Below are positions 14,448 through 29,172 of a DNA stretch of 64,000 nucleotides, in pieces. Source of the stretch: the human T2T-CHM13v2.0 reference genome, Homo sapiens; the NCBI RefSeq assembly GCF_009914755.1, contig NC_060930.1, one strand, 5' to 3'. The notes below the pieces were generated by a model. It did no database searches, was not told the origin of the DNA, and was given only the letters and a program-made list of their open reading frames with translations. How positions within the stretch are numbered: position 1 is the stretch's first letter; every line of letters begins with the position of its first letter. The position numbers and the translations under genes were made by a program.

Positions 14448-14760
14448 GGTCAGGCACAGTATCTCACACCTATAATCCCAGCATTTTGAGAGGTCAAGGC
14501 GGGCGGATCACTTGAGACCAGGGGTTCCAGATCAGCCTGGGAAACAGAGTGAGACCCTATTTCTGAAAAAAAAAAACAAAAAACTGGACATGGTGGCACA
14601 TGCCTGTAGTCCCAGAGGTACTTGGGAGGCTGAGCAGGAGGATCACTTGAACCTAGGAAGTCCAGGCCGCAGTGAGCCTTGATCGCACCACTGCACTCCA
14701 GCTGGAGTGACAGAGCAAAATCCCCATCTCAATCAATCAATCAATCAATAAAAATAAAAA
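14448..14760 (+). mobile_element. Alu (AluJ-like) with (TCAA)n tail
   Basis: Dimer; gatcacttgag motifs; tail tcaatcaatcaatcaatcaataaaaataaaaa. Confidence 0.92.
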
Positions 14761-16121
14761 GAAGGAAAGTAACGCTAACTTTTCAGGGATTTCATGTGGC
14801 TAACACTGGTTTGTGTATCCTTGTAACACTAGCATCAAAGAAGCCAATGTCACTAGGAATTGGTTATTTTTAAGTACATCAGCCCTCCTTGGCTCAAGTC
14901 CTTACTCAGAAAATGTGGGATATCAGCCCATCTAAACAAGCTGACTCTCTCCCATTTGTCATGATGCTAACAAAAATGAGCCAAGCAAATATTTAGTAAT
15001 AGTTGACAGGCAAGACTCCCTGATTTCACAGAGACAAGGGAGGTAACTTCCCCAAAGTCAAGTACAGACCTTGGCTATAGACTCTCCTCTTACAGGGCTC
15101 ACTTTACTTCCTGTTACAAAGTTTTCAGGGGTAAGCCCCTTCTCACAGGATCAGCTCACCACCCTGCACTCAGCAGGACAGACAGCTGTGCTTGAGTTGT
15201 TTACAGTCCCATCAGGTAGGCTGACCTTACAACTAACTGACAGCCAGTGTTCTCTCCTGCAGAGTTGAGATTATCCTCATTCTTTACTTGAGTAATTATC
15301 CATGATTCCTTTCATTCAAACATTTTCCTCAAAATTCACAGAAGTTGCCCTTACCTGAGAGAAGCTCCAATTTCATTGGTTGTGTCAATCAATTTTAGGA
15401 CCCAAAAAATACAAAAGGACAACTGTAAACTGCTCAAAATTATGTGACTTTTTCATCTCTAGGGTCAAGTACAGTGTCAGACTCTTTCTAAGTACTCAAT
15501 AAATATCAAGAGCTCACGTGATGACAGATGCTTTCTGTCATTATTTCTACATGACACAGTTAATTCCATTCTTAAAAGTTTTATCTCCTCAGTGCCCTTA
15601 ATTGCAGTTTATAAGAGGATAGAATGTCCTTTCCATACAAGGCCTAACCTTGGTTATATGAAAACAACCAAGCCATTTTAACTTTTCTTCAGTTTATTTC
15701 CATAAGGCACTCAAGAACATTTTGAAATTTAAGAGAAAAAAAAAAGATTATTTTGTCTCAAATGAAAATGCATTTAATTATTATTAACTAATTATAAAGT
15801 CAAAGGCTAATTGAAATCCTTTCTCCTAGCTTACATACAAGTTCTTTTAAAGCTAATATTAGAATTTTCATTGTAATGTAAACTGATAATGTTTATTTTC
15901 ATGCAAATAAACTGCCTCACCATTAATGATGTTTTAAATTTCAACTTAAGATACTATCAGTGATGTTTGGATGGTAGAAAAAATTAGTTGCTGCATCATA
16001 TTCCATGTATACAATATTTATTTCGTGCCAGCTTCAAACTGTAAAACTGGGTCAAGACAGAGACATAGGTTGTTAATAAATGTGGTATTTTTAAATAGGA
16101 ACATATATTTACATGTTTACA

Positions 16122-16222
16122 TATATTTATAAACATGTATATTTATATATAAACATGTATATTTATATATAAACATGTATATTTATATATAAACATGTAT
16201 ATTTATAATAAACATGTATATA
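16122..16222. repeat. AT-rich 20-bp minisatellite (ATTTATATATAAACATGTAT), about 5 units
   Basis: Three perfect units at 16141-16200 plus variant flanking units. Confidence 0.9.
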
Positions 16223-17320
16223 TATTAGTTCCTTAATATATCACAGCAGAGTGGCTTAAGTCCAGTGCCTTCATTCATAAGATTATTTACAAAAATTTAC
16301 AAAAGGAATAGCTTCATATTTGTCAACACCAAATAATTCATCAAAATTCTAATCTTATAATATTCTAATTGTATTGTATATTTTATTTACATATTATATA
16401 TACTGTGCAAAATATGGAAGATAATATGGATTGAGTCAATGTACCAGGGATGTACTAATAAATGTTTAAAAATCGGCTGGCTCTTAGTGGTGGTGGGGGG
16501 TCTGATGTGTATTATTTGTCAATTTTCATGGTGTAAATATTACTATATATTATATAAATTATATATTATATATTATATTATTAATAATATATTATTAAAT
16601 TATATATAACTGTTATATATTATTATTTAACTGTATGTAAATATATTTATTTCATGGTATAATTTTTCCATATCTATCTTTCAGGCACGATTCTGAATAC
16701 AAACACAATACCAACAGTTAGATGTATCTCACAATATTTATAATGGGACAAGTGAGCCTGAGGTCAACTTCCTCTGCTAGGAGGCAAAGTTGTCGGATGT
16801 GAGATGTTCCTGAAAATCATTCCACTGTCCCCTCTTCAGGTTCCTGAGTACTGGCAGGTACAGCTTTCTAATCCTAGGAAATCAGCTCCCTTCGAGTCTT
16901 AAACTTAGTAGTGCCCATAGCAACCATACGGAAGCATGAGGAAATTTTGGTGAATCAATTATCTCATGCTCTGGAAATTTTCCCTGGAGGGCCAGGATGG
17001 GATCCCCTCCTTTAGCCCTCCACACATTTTGTAGGCCTTTAATTTAAACCTTTTCTGCTTAAAATTTGCTACACAACTGGCTTTGTTGGCACCCATTTAC
17101 AACTTTAATTTTTTTTTTAATTTCTGCATATCTGGTCGTGTTCTCTCCTCAATTCTCTTAAATGTCAGCTCAAATATTACATTGTTATGAAATCTTCTTA
17201 GACAAATTTTTTTTTTCTTAAGCCGTATACCTCCTTGTCTGCGAACTCTCATAGGGGGCCCAGGTATGTACAAAGTGGTCTCACTTTAAAATGTAGACAA
17301 GTTCCATCAGGTTGGCAGGA

Positions 17321-17378
17321 CAGGTTAGGTGTGCACAAGTGCACAGGTTAGGTGTGCACAGGTTAGGTGTGCACAAGT
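17321..17378. repeat. Short tandem repeat CAGGTTAGGTGTGCA x3
   Basis: Read directly; one CAAGTGCA spacer between units 1 and 2. Confidence 0.9.
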
Positions 17379-20300
17379 AACATATCTGCAAGAAGACAAT
17401 AAGCACTTGGAAAGAAATTAACCAAAGATAAATACATATAGAAAAACAAAACTGGTTCAATAGCAATGCTCTCATTATCAGAGGGTCCAAGTGATTTTGA
17501 TACAGTTTTCCTTTCCTATTCCTGAGGATTTATTTATGTCTAAATCCCAGGGAGATAGGGAGCTACTATTGGCAAGCAACAATAAATGACTGCTTCACTA
17601 AAATTCTGAATATTATTGGTATACACACCATAAAAGTAGAAACAATTTTCCATATTTGAGGTTGCATACCATAGCTATAGAGCCTGAAGACCACCAGCTT
17701 TCCCAGCTCACAAAGGGTCTTCACACAGCTAGCAGTTTCAGCTACAACGTCTCTTTGACACCACATTTTCAGTAGTTGGTCCAACAGCAAGTTTGGCAGA
17801 CTCAGATAAACCCTGTGGTTATCAATCACTTTGCTACTTATAAGTTTGGAGGCACAGGATAAAAATTCCCATGGGGCCTATGAGAATGAAAAGAGACAAC
17901 AAGTGGGAGGCACAAAATTAAAGCTTTTGATAACAACTAGTAGCCCAGATGAGTCACCTACCAGGATTTTTGAGCATGCATAATCAAATTGTTTCAGAGG
18001 AAAAAGAAAAAATGGCACATGGCTACTGTGGCTAAATCACCTTACTCTAAACATCTATGAGCACCATCTATGGACTCCTAGAAATAGCTGAAAAATAGTT
18101 TTCGTGATGGGGACTATAATAGAAATAATGTTCGTTATTAAAAATATGATTCTATATTTACTTATAGGTATGCAAAGATATGTATACATGTTATTTTCCT
18201 TACGTGATCTGGACTGTAAACTTCTTAAAGCTAATTTATGAATCCCACACAACACCTAGCACATTGCCTCATACATAAGTGAACAATATATGTGTTAGAT
18301 AAATGAGTGCACTTTTCTTCTACATATTTTTCTTCACTACAAAACACATACGTACATACACAAACCCTGCGAACATTGTAAATCAAATTAATTCAAATTT
18401 CACTAATGTATAATTTACAATAATAGGTATACATAAAAATATTCTCCTGAAAAACACCCAAGTACTTTCAAACGTTTTTTCTTATTTATGAATCACAAGG
18501 CTTTTTGTAGATATTAAAAGTAGTCATAGTAATTTTACATTCAAATGAAAATTTAGTATCAATAATTTAAATTAATTTTTCACTTTGTGTAGTTACTTCA
18601 CTTGAAATAAAAGTAGAGAAAAAAATTAAATCCCACTTCATGGTAAGTTTTATGCTAATTTCTCTAAAATATGTTATATTTTTGAATGTCTACAATAACT
18701 CTGATTATGTTTTAAAAAACATTTAGAAGGGGTTAAATCTGCAATTTTTAAGTGTTTATATATGGATGTAGCAGGTCATTTTTCCTTTGGTAGAGGCAAT
18801 TGGAGTTCCCTTTTCAAATATCAAAGTGAGTAAATACATAGGCAATTCCAATGAGTGTCTTTCAATATTCTGCTGATTTCAAAAGAAGCCAAGTGATGCC
18901 ATATTATACCTTTATTTTCTCTAGAGAGAGCAGTCTGGTATAAAATATGTCTATCTTAAAGACAACATAATATTTTACAACTACAATTTCTAAAGGAAAA
19001 CATGACAAAAATATGGCCTAAGGCAATACCATTATATGAACAATGTTTTAAGTCACAATAAAAACCCTATACTTCACCAAATTTGCATGCACTTCATATT
19101 TGCCAGTAACAGTAGCCATTTAATACTATGGGAAAATGTATACACCTACACACCCACACATACATTGCTCCTTAAAATTATATCCTGAGAAGTTCTTAAA
19201 AATAACACTCTCCAAAGAGGGAGTTTTGATGAGGTTTGAGTCAGAGTGACAGGAAAATCTGCTAATCTCCTATCAGGCAGAGTTAAATAGAAGTGTTATT
19301 AGAGATTTTGATGATTTTGGAGGCAAATTTAATAATGATATAAATCAAATGTTAAAATAATCCTCTGAGGAAATTTACTTCATTTGGGAGAAAAATAAAG
19401 TTTCACCAGTAACCATAGTGAGTTGATATTATTGCAGTTGTTTTTATAAGTTGTTGCCATGACTTTTTTGACTTTTGGGCTAGATTTTACTCAAATACAA
19501 CAGATGGCAACGATTACTCTTCTGTAACTTTTTTTCCCTTGAATAACTAAACAGAGCACAATAAAATAAACAGGCTTATACCCCAGAGAGTTTTGTCTTG
19601 TTTCACATTTTATTAAAACTAAAAGTGAACAAAGCAACTAAAAACAAATAATAAAGTAAGCCCTTCATGTATCTCAAACTTCACCCAGATTTTAAAAATA
19701 TTAAAATGTTCTCTTTTTCACTTTTTTCCTGGCTTCAACGGACTAAAACAAAATAGAACAAAGATATCGTAAGAAAGAAAGCTGCAACACTGACAGAATG
19801 TTGCTCAAATCAGAAGCAAATGTTTAACATTTATAAAGCTTCTCCACATGATACTTCTCCCTTGCTTCAAAATTTGAGTCATCAATTTAAATATAATTAA
19901 AATTTGGAAGAAAGATTCTTATCACAAAATTTTTATTTCAAACATTTTCAGATGTATTCCTTAGTATATGATATCTCTCCATATCCTATCTCTTCTCCTT
20001 TATAAAGACCTGAGTAATTTTCAGAATCCAAACTAACAGGTACAAGGAAAGTCAAGTTCTGATTACTCATCACAAGCCTATTTCAAATAAATTAATTCTA
20101 TAAGATTATTTAATGAAAATCACATGCTTAATAGGAATATATGCTAATAAATAGAGCACTTAATTAGATGTTAGAGATTAGAGTCCCATTTCCCGGTGTT
20201 TAAAATAACATATGTCCTTGGGTGAATCATTTAAATTTTATCTATATTTTTTCATTCTGGTAAATGAAGGTAATACATCCTCTGACAAAATAGATTTATA

Positions 20301-21594
20301 TATCATGCTGAGATGCTGATATAATTAGACAGGGACTTTAATGCATCATAATAATATAAATGTTAAAACTATTAGTCATCGTAATTTCATTGGCATAGAT
20401 AATAGTCTTTCTTAAATAGTGTGTGGAATGGTTTCTAAAGTGCCAGGTTGCCTTTTGAGTGATCTCATCATGATTTCATTCTTTGGTTAAAAGCTTGAGA
20501 ATTTGATGGAATAAAGTGTTCTGATTGAGCAATACCCAAAGTATTTGCCTATAAAATTTTTATTTTTAAAACAAATCCTGCAAAAATTTAGTAAAATGAC
20601 CATTTAAAGATCAGAAAAACAATTCTTAGTGAGGGTTAAAAATCAAATCCTAATAATAATTATCTACACTAAACTATCAATTAATTGCTAAGTATTGCAA
20701 ATTAGAGGCCACTGATCCTAACACAAAAAGACTAAAGTTTCTTAGTCATGATATGTTTCCTATGTGACTACGAGTGGGGAGGGCACAGAAGTGGGATAGG
20801 AAATACGTAGGTAATATTTGATGATTATTTTTAAAATTTGGAAAACTATAAAGACCAAAACAGAGACAATAATAAGCATGCATAATGCTTAGAAACAAAC
20901 TGTTACATTTTTATTATATTCTTTCAAGGCATTTCATTATATGCATGTACAGAAAGTCCTCTATTTACATGTGTTTGCTTTCCTGGAAATGTATTTAAAA
21001 GTTAGAGGCCTAAAGTAATGGAATGTTTATATATTGCACTTAAATATATCAAGTTATATTCCCAAAGAATGAAATTCACACACATACACGCACACCGCAC
21101 ACCTAATACAAAGCCAATTTGATATGGTTCAAATGTGCCCAGGTTTGTCTGGCAGGCAGACAAGAAGATCACAGTCAGAGTCCTCCACCAGGAAGACCCT
21201 AATAGAACCCTACTGGCTGTGCCCACTTGACGAAAGCTGGCCTCATCTCTCCGTCAACCTTTCTGCAAGAGACACAGAATCAGAAGTTCCTCAGCCCCTC
21301 CCTGCCCAGATAACCTGAGTGCCTGGACAGGGCATCGGGGAAAAAAGGCTGTTCCTCCCTTTGCACACGTGCAGTAGTCATGGGCTCCATGGAGATTCCT
21401 TAGCAAACCAGAAAGAAATCAGAAGAGCAGGGCACGGTAGTAAACTGAGCAGACAATTTGTCTGTTACACAGACATAGGACCTGCAGCACATGGACCAGC
21501 TGAAACACACTGTCAAGGCTGTAGCAACCTGCCCTTTCCTGTACTCTGCTATGTGATGTCTCTAAAGCATTCTGCAAAAGATATACATCTGTAT

Positions 21595-21597
<3 letters not shown>

Positions 21598-21627
<30 letters not shown>
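21598..21627. repeat. (TG)n microsatellite
   Basis: About 15 TG units. Confidence 0.95.
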
Positions 21628-21631
<4 letters not shown>

Positions 21632-21949
21632 TATGTGTCGCTTAACAAAGTAGATATGTTCTGAGAGATGCGTCATGCTTAGGCAATCTCATCATTGTGT
21701 ACTCACACAAACCTGGATGGTTTAGCCTATTCCACACCTACGCTACATTGCTCCTAGGTTACAAACCTGTACAGCATGTTACTGTATTGAATAATATAGG
21801 GAACAGCAACACAATGGTAAGTACCTGTGTGCCTAAACATAGCTAAACATGGAAAACATACCATGAAAAATGGTTTTGTAATCTTATGGGACCACCATCT
21901 TATATGCAGTTCATTGTTGAACAAAAAATCCTTATGTGGTGCATGACTG
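21628..21949. mobile_element. Tigger3-derived MITE (Tigger3a/MER7-like)
   Basis: TIRs cagttatgtgtcgcttaac / cttatgtggtgcatgactg followed by TA; internal acaaacctgtacagcatgttactgta. Confidence 0.85.
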
Positions 21950-22952
21950 TATATACATGCATAAGTTTTCTTGTACCATTGAACTATATAAGCTTATTCT
22001 AAAAAAAAAAATTGTTACCTTATGTTGCACATTGCATTGTTTTAAGTTACTCTCACTTACATTAAGAATTGTATCCTTGAATTATCATAGCATCCAGGGG
22101 AAGTTTTATTCCTACAGGTAATTTTTTAAAATCACGTTAAAAGGAAACAAAGAGTCATTGGAGGAGGATGAAAGCACCCATTCAAATATTCCTGATGTAA
22201 CATCCTAGTGCATGGAGGAATAGGATGGTTCCAGAATTATTTTTGGACGAATTGCATGGAAATATCTGGATGAGATTTGGGGTAGGAAATCCAGGTCGAG
22301 TTCAGGATTTTTCTAGTGCTTACTGGACATTAGATACTGGAAATGATACAAGTTCTCCTTTACTCAGTTTGCTTAGGATTTCCGGTGGATTAAAGCAATT
22401 ATAAATCCATTCCTCACTAAATACTATTAAAATACATATGGGAGTAGAAGTTGTAGATGAAGACAAAAATAGGCCAGGAAAAATATGAAAAAAGATCAGG
22501 ACACAAAGACTGAGGACAAGAAGTTCATAAATGAGGTCGGGAAAAAGGCAGCGTTGGGGGTGGGGGTGCAGTGGGCATCATTGCAACCTTAAATTGGAGG
22601 GAGAAAGGGTTTTAGGAAAGAGAGAGAGAGTCAAATATCAGATGTCTCAGAGAGGCCAAGAAAGACAAAAAATATAGAAAACTGTCTGTTGTGCCTTTAT
22701 CGAAGTAAAAAGAGAAGAAGTTGGCTCTCCATGGATGTGACAATCATATTCTTTTCAGAATCTTGATGGAGAAGGAAAAAGCAGCAATGGCATTTGTTAG
22801 CCAACTGACATCCATAGTTCCCCTCTGCATATTTGAACAAGGTCTAGTATCTTCACTTAATTAATTAGTCATTTCCTCCTTTATTCAAGGATTTCCTTGT
22901 AGAATTCACAGCTGTTCATACCCGAATGAATCTCCACTGTAAGAGTTATGTC

Positions 22953-23345
<393 letters not shown>

Positions 23346-25125
23346 TCATCTATGTAGCTCTAGAAACTGGTGTAGTACCAGACTCTTTTTGAGTGCTCAA
23401 TAAATGCTTGGAGCACAACAGGATCATAAATCTTTTGTGTCACTAGCTGTGTTAGGAAACCTCAAGGAGGGACTTGGGTTTTGCACTGGGGAGTGGGTTT
23501 GTTTTGTTTTTATTTTAGTCAGATGGAAATTTAACTTGCTTATATACAAAGAAAAGAAAAGCAACAAAGAGGAGCATACAGAAGAACTAGGGTGATTACC
23601 AATGGATTGAAGTTCACTAAAGAGATGGCAGGGAATGGGATCCAGGACACAGGTGGAAGGGCAATTCTCTCCACCAAAGTGCATGTGATGGAGATAGGGA
23701 CATATATATAGACATAGATAAATGTCTATGTGACTGTGAGTGGGGAGGGCACAGAAGTGGGATAGGAAGGAATTTGAAAGAGTTTCAGTCTCTGAAGAAA
23801 TAAGTCAGGTTACCTGATGACTGTGAGAACAGGGAACGGCACTTTTGACTTGAGTTGGGCTGTGATGGTTTGGATTAGTTGTTGTGGGCTGTTTGTGATA
23901 AGTGCAAGAAAATGCTTTCTACATTATGAAGACTTACACAAAGTTAGATTTGTATTGCTATGTATGCACATCTGGTCAGATGATGAAATTTAAATTTGAT
24001 TGTAATAAGAAACCAAGTTGTATTGCTGTAAATATATAAAGATCTCTAAATTCTACAAGAAAGAAAAAAACTACTAATAAAAAATTTGTAAAAAAAAATG
24101 TGAGAATACAAATCACAAAAGAAAAACAAGGAAATAAGTACTGGGCAAAATTCAACTTCAAGAGGATTCAAATAATATAAGTTAATGATGTCACCATTTT
24201 GCCATTCAAATAAAGTTGGGTTCTGTAAAAATTATTATACACCTAATATATGTTCAGCTAATAAAAGAAAGATTAAAAATAAAAATGCCCCAAAGAAAAA
24301 AAATTATATAATATCACTTAAAATTCCAACATCCAGGGATATTCACTGTTTATATTTTCCTGTATCTGCATTCTCATGTTTCACATGTACATACATATGT
24401 AAATTTGTATAAGCATTTGAAATACATATAATATATATTGTTCTAAAACTTGCTTATTTCACTTACTGTTCCATGAATATCTTTTCATGTTAATAAATAT
24501 CCACACAATTATTGTTAATAGCTGTTTATCATCCCACACTATAAAAATAACAAAATTTATTTAAACAAACTTTTTCTTGATGTTCTGTTTACAATTTGTT
24601 TCTGTAGCAAAGGATTCATCAAGGAATAGTTTTCTACATGACATTTTTGTGCATCTGTATAATTAATTTCCTAAGGGAAAAATTCTTTAAAATGAAATTT
24701 CTGAGTCAAAGACTTCACCCATTAAACCTTTTGAAACCATTTTCCTCTAGAAAGACTGTGCCAATATTTGCTCCTAAGAGCTATGTCTGTGGTTCTTCAT
24801 ATCTCTCCACTCATGCCAACACTTGGTTTCATCCTTTAATCTTTGCCAAACTAATAAACAAAATATGCTGCTGCTTAATTCGCAATTTACATTTCTTTAC
24901 ATACAAGTGAGACTGTGATTTTTTTACTTTGTTAATGATGATGCGTATTTCTTCTTTTTAAAAATCAATATCCTTTCCCTACATAGAGTAAATACATTTA
25001 ATAGTAATATTCAGTGCTGACATCATCTACTATTGGTAAAATTATAAGCTGATACAACTATTCTGGAAACATATTTGATAATACAATAAATGTAAACCAA
25101 TAAAGTGACTTTTAATATGACAATG

Positions 25126-25994
25126 ACAAATAAAAACAAACAAGCCCTTTAAAAAGTGGGCAAAAAACATGACCAGACACTTTTCACACATGCAGCCAAA
25201 AATCAAATGAAAAAAAAGCTCAGCATCACTGATTATTAGAGAAATGCAAATCAAAACCACAATGAGATACCATCTCACACCAGTCAGAATGTCTATCACT
25301 TAAAAGTCAAAAAATAACCAATGCTGGCAAGGTTGTGGAGAAAAAGGAATACTTACACACTATTGGTGAAGGTGTAAATTAGTTCAACCATTGTGGAAGA
25401 CAATGTAGCAATTCCTCAAAGACCTAAAAACAAAAATTCCATTCCACCCAGCAATCCCATTACTGGGTATATACACAAAAGAATATACGTTGTTCTATTA
25501 TAAAGACACATGCACACGTATGTTCATTGCAGCACTATTCACAATAAAAACAACATAGAATCAACCTAAATGCCCATCAATGATAGACTGGATAAAGAAA
25601 ATGTGGTACATATACACCATGGAATACTATGCATCTATAAAAAAAGAATGAGATCATGTCTTTTGCAGGAAGATGAATGGAGCTGGAGGCCATTATCCTT
25701 AGCAAACCAATGCAGAAACAGAAAACCAAATACCACATGTTCTCACTTAAAATTGAGAGCTAAATAATAAGAACACATGGACACATGGAGGGGAACACCA
25801 CACACTGGGGCCTATTGGAGGGTGAAGGGTAGAGGGTGGGACGAGGGAGAGGATATGAAAAAATAACTAACGGTTACTAGGCTTAATACCTGGGTGACAA
25901 AATAATCTGTACAACAAACCCCCATGACACAAGTTTACCTGTAAAACAAACCTGAACTTGTACCCCTGAACTTAAAGTTTAAAATAAATAAATA
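25126..25994 (+). mobile_element. 5'-truncated L1PA (older, L1PA13-16-like)
   Basis: ORF2 end plus 3' UTR and A-rich tail; perfect 12-bp TSD AATATGACAATG (25114-25125, 25995-26006) preceded by TTT. Confidence 0.92.
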
Positions 25995-26289
25995 AATATG
26001 ACAATGTTTAGGGATATTTCTGTAAAGCATCATATTTCTACAAATAAATGATTTGTGTTACAAAATGGTACATTGTTAGCAGCGTTCCTGGCACATAGTA
26101 GACATTCAATAAATATTTGTTAAATAAATAAATGAAAAAAATCAATGTTTAATCTTATTATTTAATTGGCTTCATAAAACAATAACTACTAGACAAAAAG
26201 TATGAAGGAATATATTATATCATCTTACTTTGCAACAGTTCTTCTACCGCTTAGTAAACACAAGAACCAAGAGTTTGTGAAAAATGACC

Positions 26290-27040
26290 TTTTATTGTGG
26301 TATTAATTTTAATTTCTCTGACTAGTGAGCAGCTTATACATATTTTTATGTGTTTCTTAGTCTTACATATTTTGCATTTGATGAAATATCTGTCTTTAGC
26401 CCAGGTTTCTATTCATTTGTTTTTTCTTATTGATTTGTAGCACCATTTTATATGTTCCAGATACTAATAATTTATTATCAATATGTATGAAAAATATCAT
26501 TTCCCAGTTAGTGGTTTATTTGTCTTATATTATGTCATGAGGAATTTTTAATTTTAATAAATCAAGATATATCAATAATTTTCTTTATGATTAGCAATTT
26601 TTGTATCGTCTTTAGGAAATCCTTTTCTATTCTCAGGCCAGAAAGATGTTTTCCTACACCTTATTCTAAAAGTTTAAGGTTTTTGTGTCAAATTTAAGTA
26701 TTTAAGTAACCTGGATATGATATTTTAGTATGTTGTAGGCAGGGATCTAATTTTATTTGTTTTTCCATCTGTATACAAATAATCCCAGAACTCCTACTTA
26801 CCCTACTGCTTCGAAATGTCACATTTGTGAATATATCAAAGTTTCACATGTGCTTTAGAACTCTCGATGCTGTTTCTTTTGTCATTATCATTCAGTTCAA
26901 AATATTTTTAGATTTCTATTAGAATTTCCCATGAGCTACTTATAAGGTGTTTTAATTTCCAAACTCATGCATTTTGAATTTTGCTTTTTGCTTCTTGGAT
27001 TTAAACTAAATTGCATTGTGATCAGAGAACACGCTATGTA
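26290..27040 (-). mobile_element. Old L1M fragment(s)
   Basis: T-rich degenerate antisense ORF2-like sequence; boundaries approximate. Confidence 0.5.
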
Positions 27041-27189
27041 TGACTCAATTTCTCCTACACTCATTCCATTAGTCAGAATTACTCACACAGTTTTACCTAG
27101 ATACAAGAGGTCTGGGAAAGTATTCTTCCTGTGTGCTGATGGGGAAATTTTAATGGATTAGTGGGCATATGGCACTATTCTGCCATATT

Positions 27190-27520
27190 CTAGGGCCCTG
27201 TTCTTAGATCAACCCCCTCAATTCCTTCAAATGTTTGCTCAAATTATTACCCTTTCAATGATACCCTGTTAATCCTATTTAAAATTCTTCTTCCTTTTTA
27301 CTTTTTTATACCTAATACTTTTTACACATACCTATTTTTTTCTTTTTATAGAATTTTCTACCTTTAAAAATATTATACATTATATCTATTTCTCCTGTCT
27401 TTTGTCTTTCACTTCCCATAAGACTGCAAATTCCCTAACGGATTTGTTCACTGATATATTCCAAAGGACTAAAACATGCACATAGCAGGTGCTCAGTGAA
27501 TATTTATTGAATTAATGAAT
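27190..27520 (+). mobile_element. LINE-2 3' end
   Basis: ttgttcactgatatattcc...catagcaggtgctcagtgaatatttattgaattaatgaat. Confidence 0.65.
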
Positions 27521-29172
27521 GTAACTTCTAGTTTATTAGTTATTTCCTACCTGTGCCTCATATGTTATTCAACCTATTAATTCTTCAGCTTCAACATTTC
27601 ATTATTGATTTCTAGATGCTTTCCTTGATTCTTTTTGAATTCTGCTGGCTATTTTATCATCTTTTTTCTCGGCATGTTTTTCTAGTGTATCTTTATTTCT
27701 TCAAAAAAATTTATAAATAGTCATTTTAGATTATTAAGCCTTTGAGGATCTTAATTATTGTTTTTGCTTACTCTCAATCATGGTAGTTTGTTTCATTTTA
27801 TATTAAATGATTTTTAAATGTGAGCTTCTCTTGAGTAGAGTAGCTACACAGTCACATAACTGTAAAAAGACTGAATTTAGGGTTGAGAAAAGGATAATTG
27901 CCATTTGGAACCCACAAGGATAATGCTCCTACTTCTTGTTAGGAATTTTCCTAGGCCTGAAAGCTTGACAATTAAAGAATATAGTCATTGCCCTACCTTT
28001 GTTTCAACTGGAGAATCAACCTCAGCAGATATGTGAACTGACGTTATTATTGATGCTTATACCCTGGACTGTGTACAGGGTCCTCATGAGTTTTAGTACC
28101 CCGCCCATGTGTTCTCCAAACTGCATACAATTCTTCCTCCACTTTGGAACTGCATACAATTCTTAGGCCTGGTTCCTCTTGGTGAAGCCAATGCCTGCAC
28201 GTCAACCTGCAATAATTACATTTTTCTTAAGTCTGTGAACAAGCCATATGAATTCAGGGTTTATGTCTCCAAATTTTCTCCCTGACTCTTAATTAAATTT
28301 GGGACATTTGACCTAGCACTGCCTGTTTAATCATTGCATTAAGGATATTTGAAAGTAGAGCTTTACAAGTGTTAGGGTCTTTCCAGTTTAAAGAAAGCAA
28401 ATTTTCTTCAATGCACCATGCCTCAAAGACTTGTAAGGATTCCCTTTTGTATAGGTATTCTAGTTTGTACCCACAAAAGCCTGGTTGCTTTCCTGTTGCA
28501 CTTTCAATGACTCCTTGACTTTTCTTAAGCTTGAAAAATCCCATTGCTATAAAAATCCACTAATCTACAGACACCAACCAAAGTAAAACTGTGTGCTACC
28601 TAGGATTCAAAGCCTTTTGCCCATGACTTAGCAGTAATAAATGCTCTATAACCACCAATGTTTTAAAAGCCTTGTTTATATATTGAAGTTCCAGACTCCA
28701 AATATTGGTTCTATGACAAAGCTTTATCACTCCATGTGTAATATATAACCCCAATTTGGGAGAAGGGGAAGCTCAAAATGAATGGGTCCTCTTGCAGGGA
28801 CACTTGCTCCCGAAGAGGGAAGTGAGAGGAGCTGAACTGAGTGTGCCCAGGTTACTCCTTCCCAAATTTACCAGTCAGTTCAATAATTCACGTCTTCTGA
28901 ACAGAATGAGGAAAAGGAAACAGAAGGTGAAAATGTGTAGAGTAACTACATTCCTTTAATAGGAAAGAAAACTTTAGGAGATAATGGAAATATACCAATT
29001 TAGTCTAGGAAAAGAGGTTCAAGGTAGGGAGCAAGAGATAATTTGGTATATTTTGTCATTCATATTATTATCCAACCCAGCTTCAGAGGAAAATCATTTT
29101 ATTCAGCAAAGTGAGCTGTAGAAAGTGAAAATTGAGTCAAATGCAAATTTTATAACATTGGAGACATTTTTA

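Noticed and set aside
15355-15422. Minus-strand 68-nt segment with CAG|GTAAG donor
   Set aside because: Weak acceptor and no supporting context; indistinguishable from background pseudo-exons
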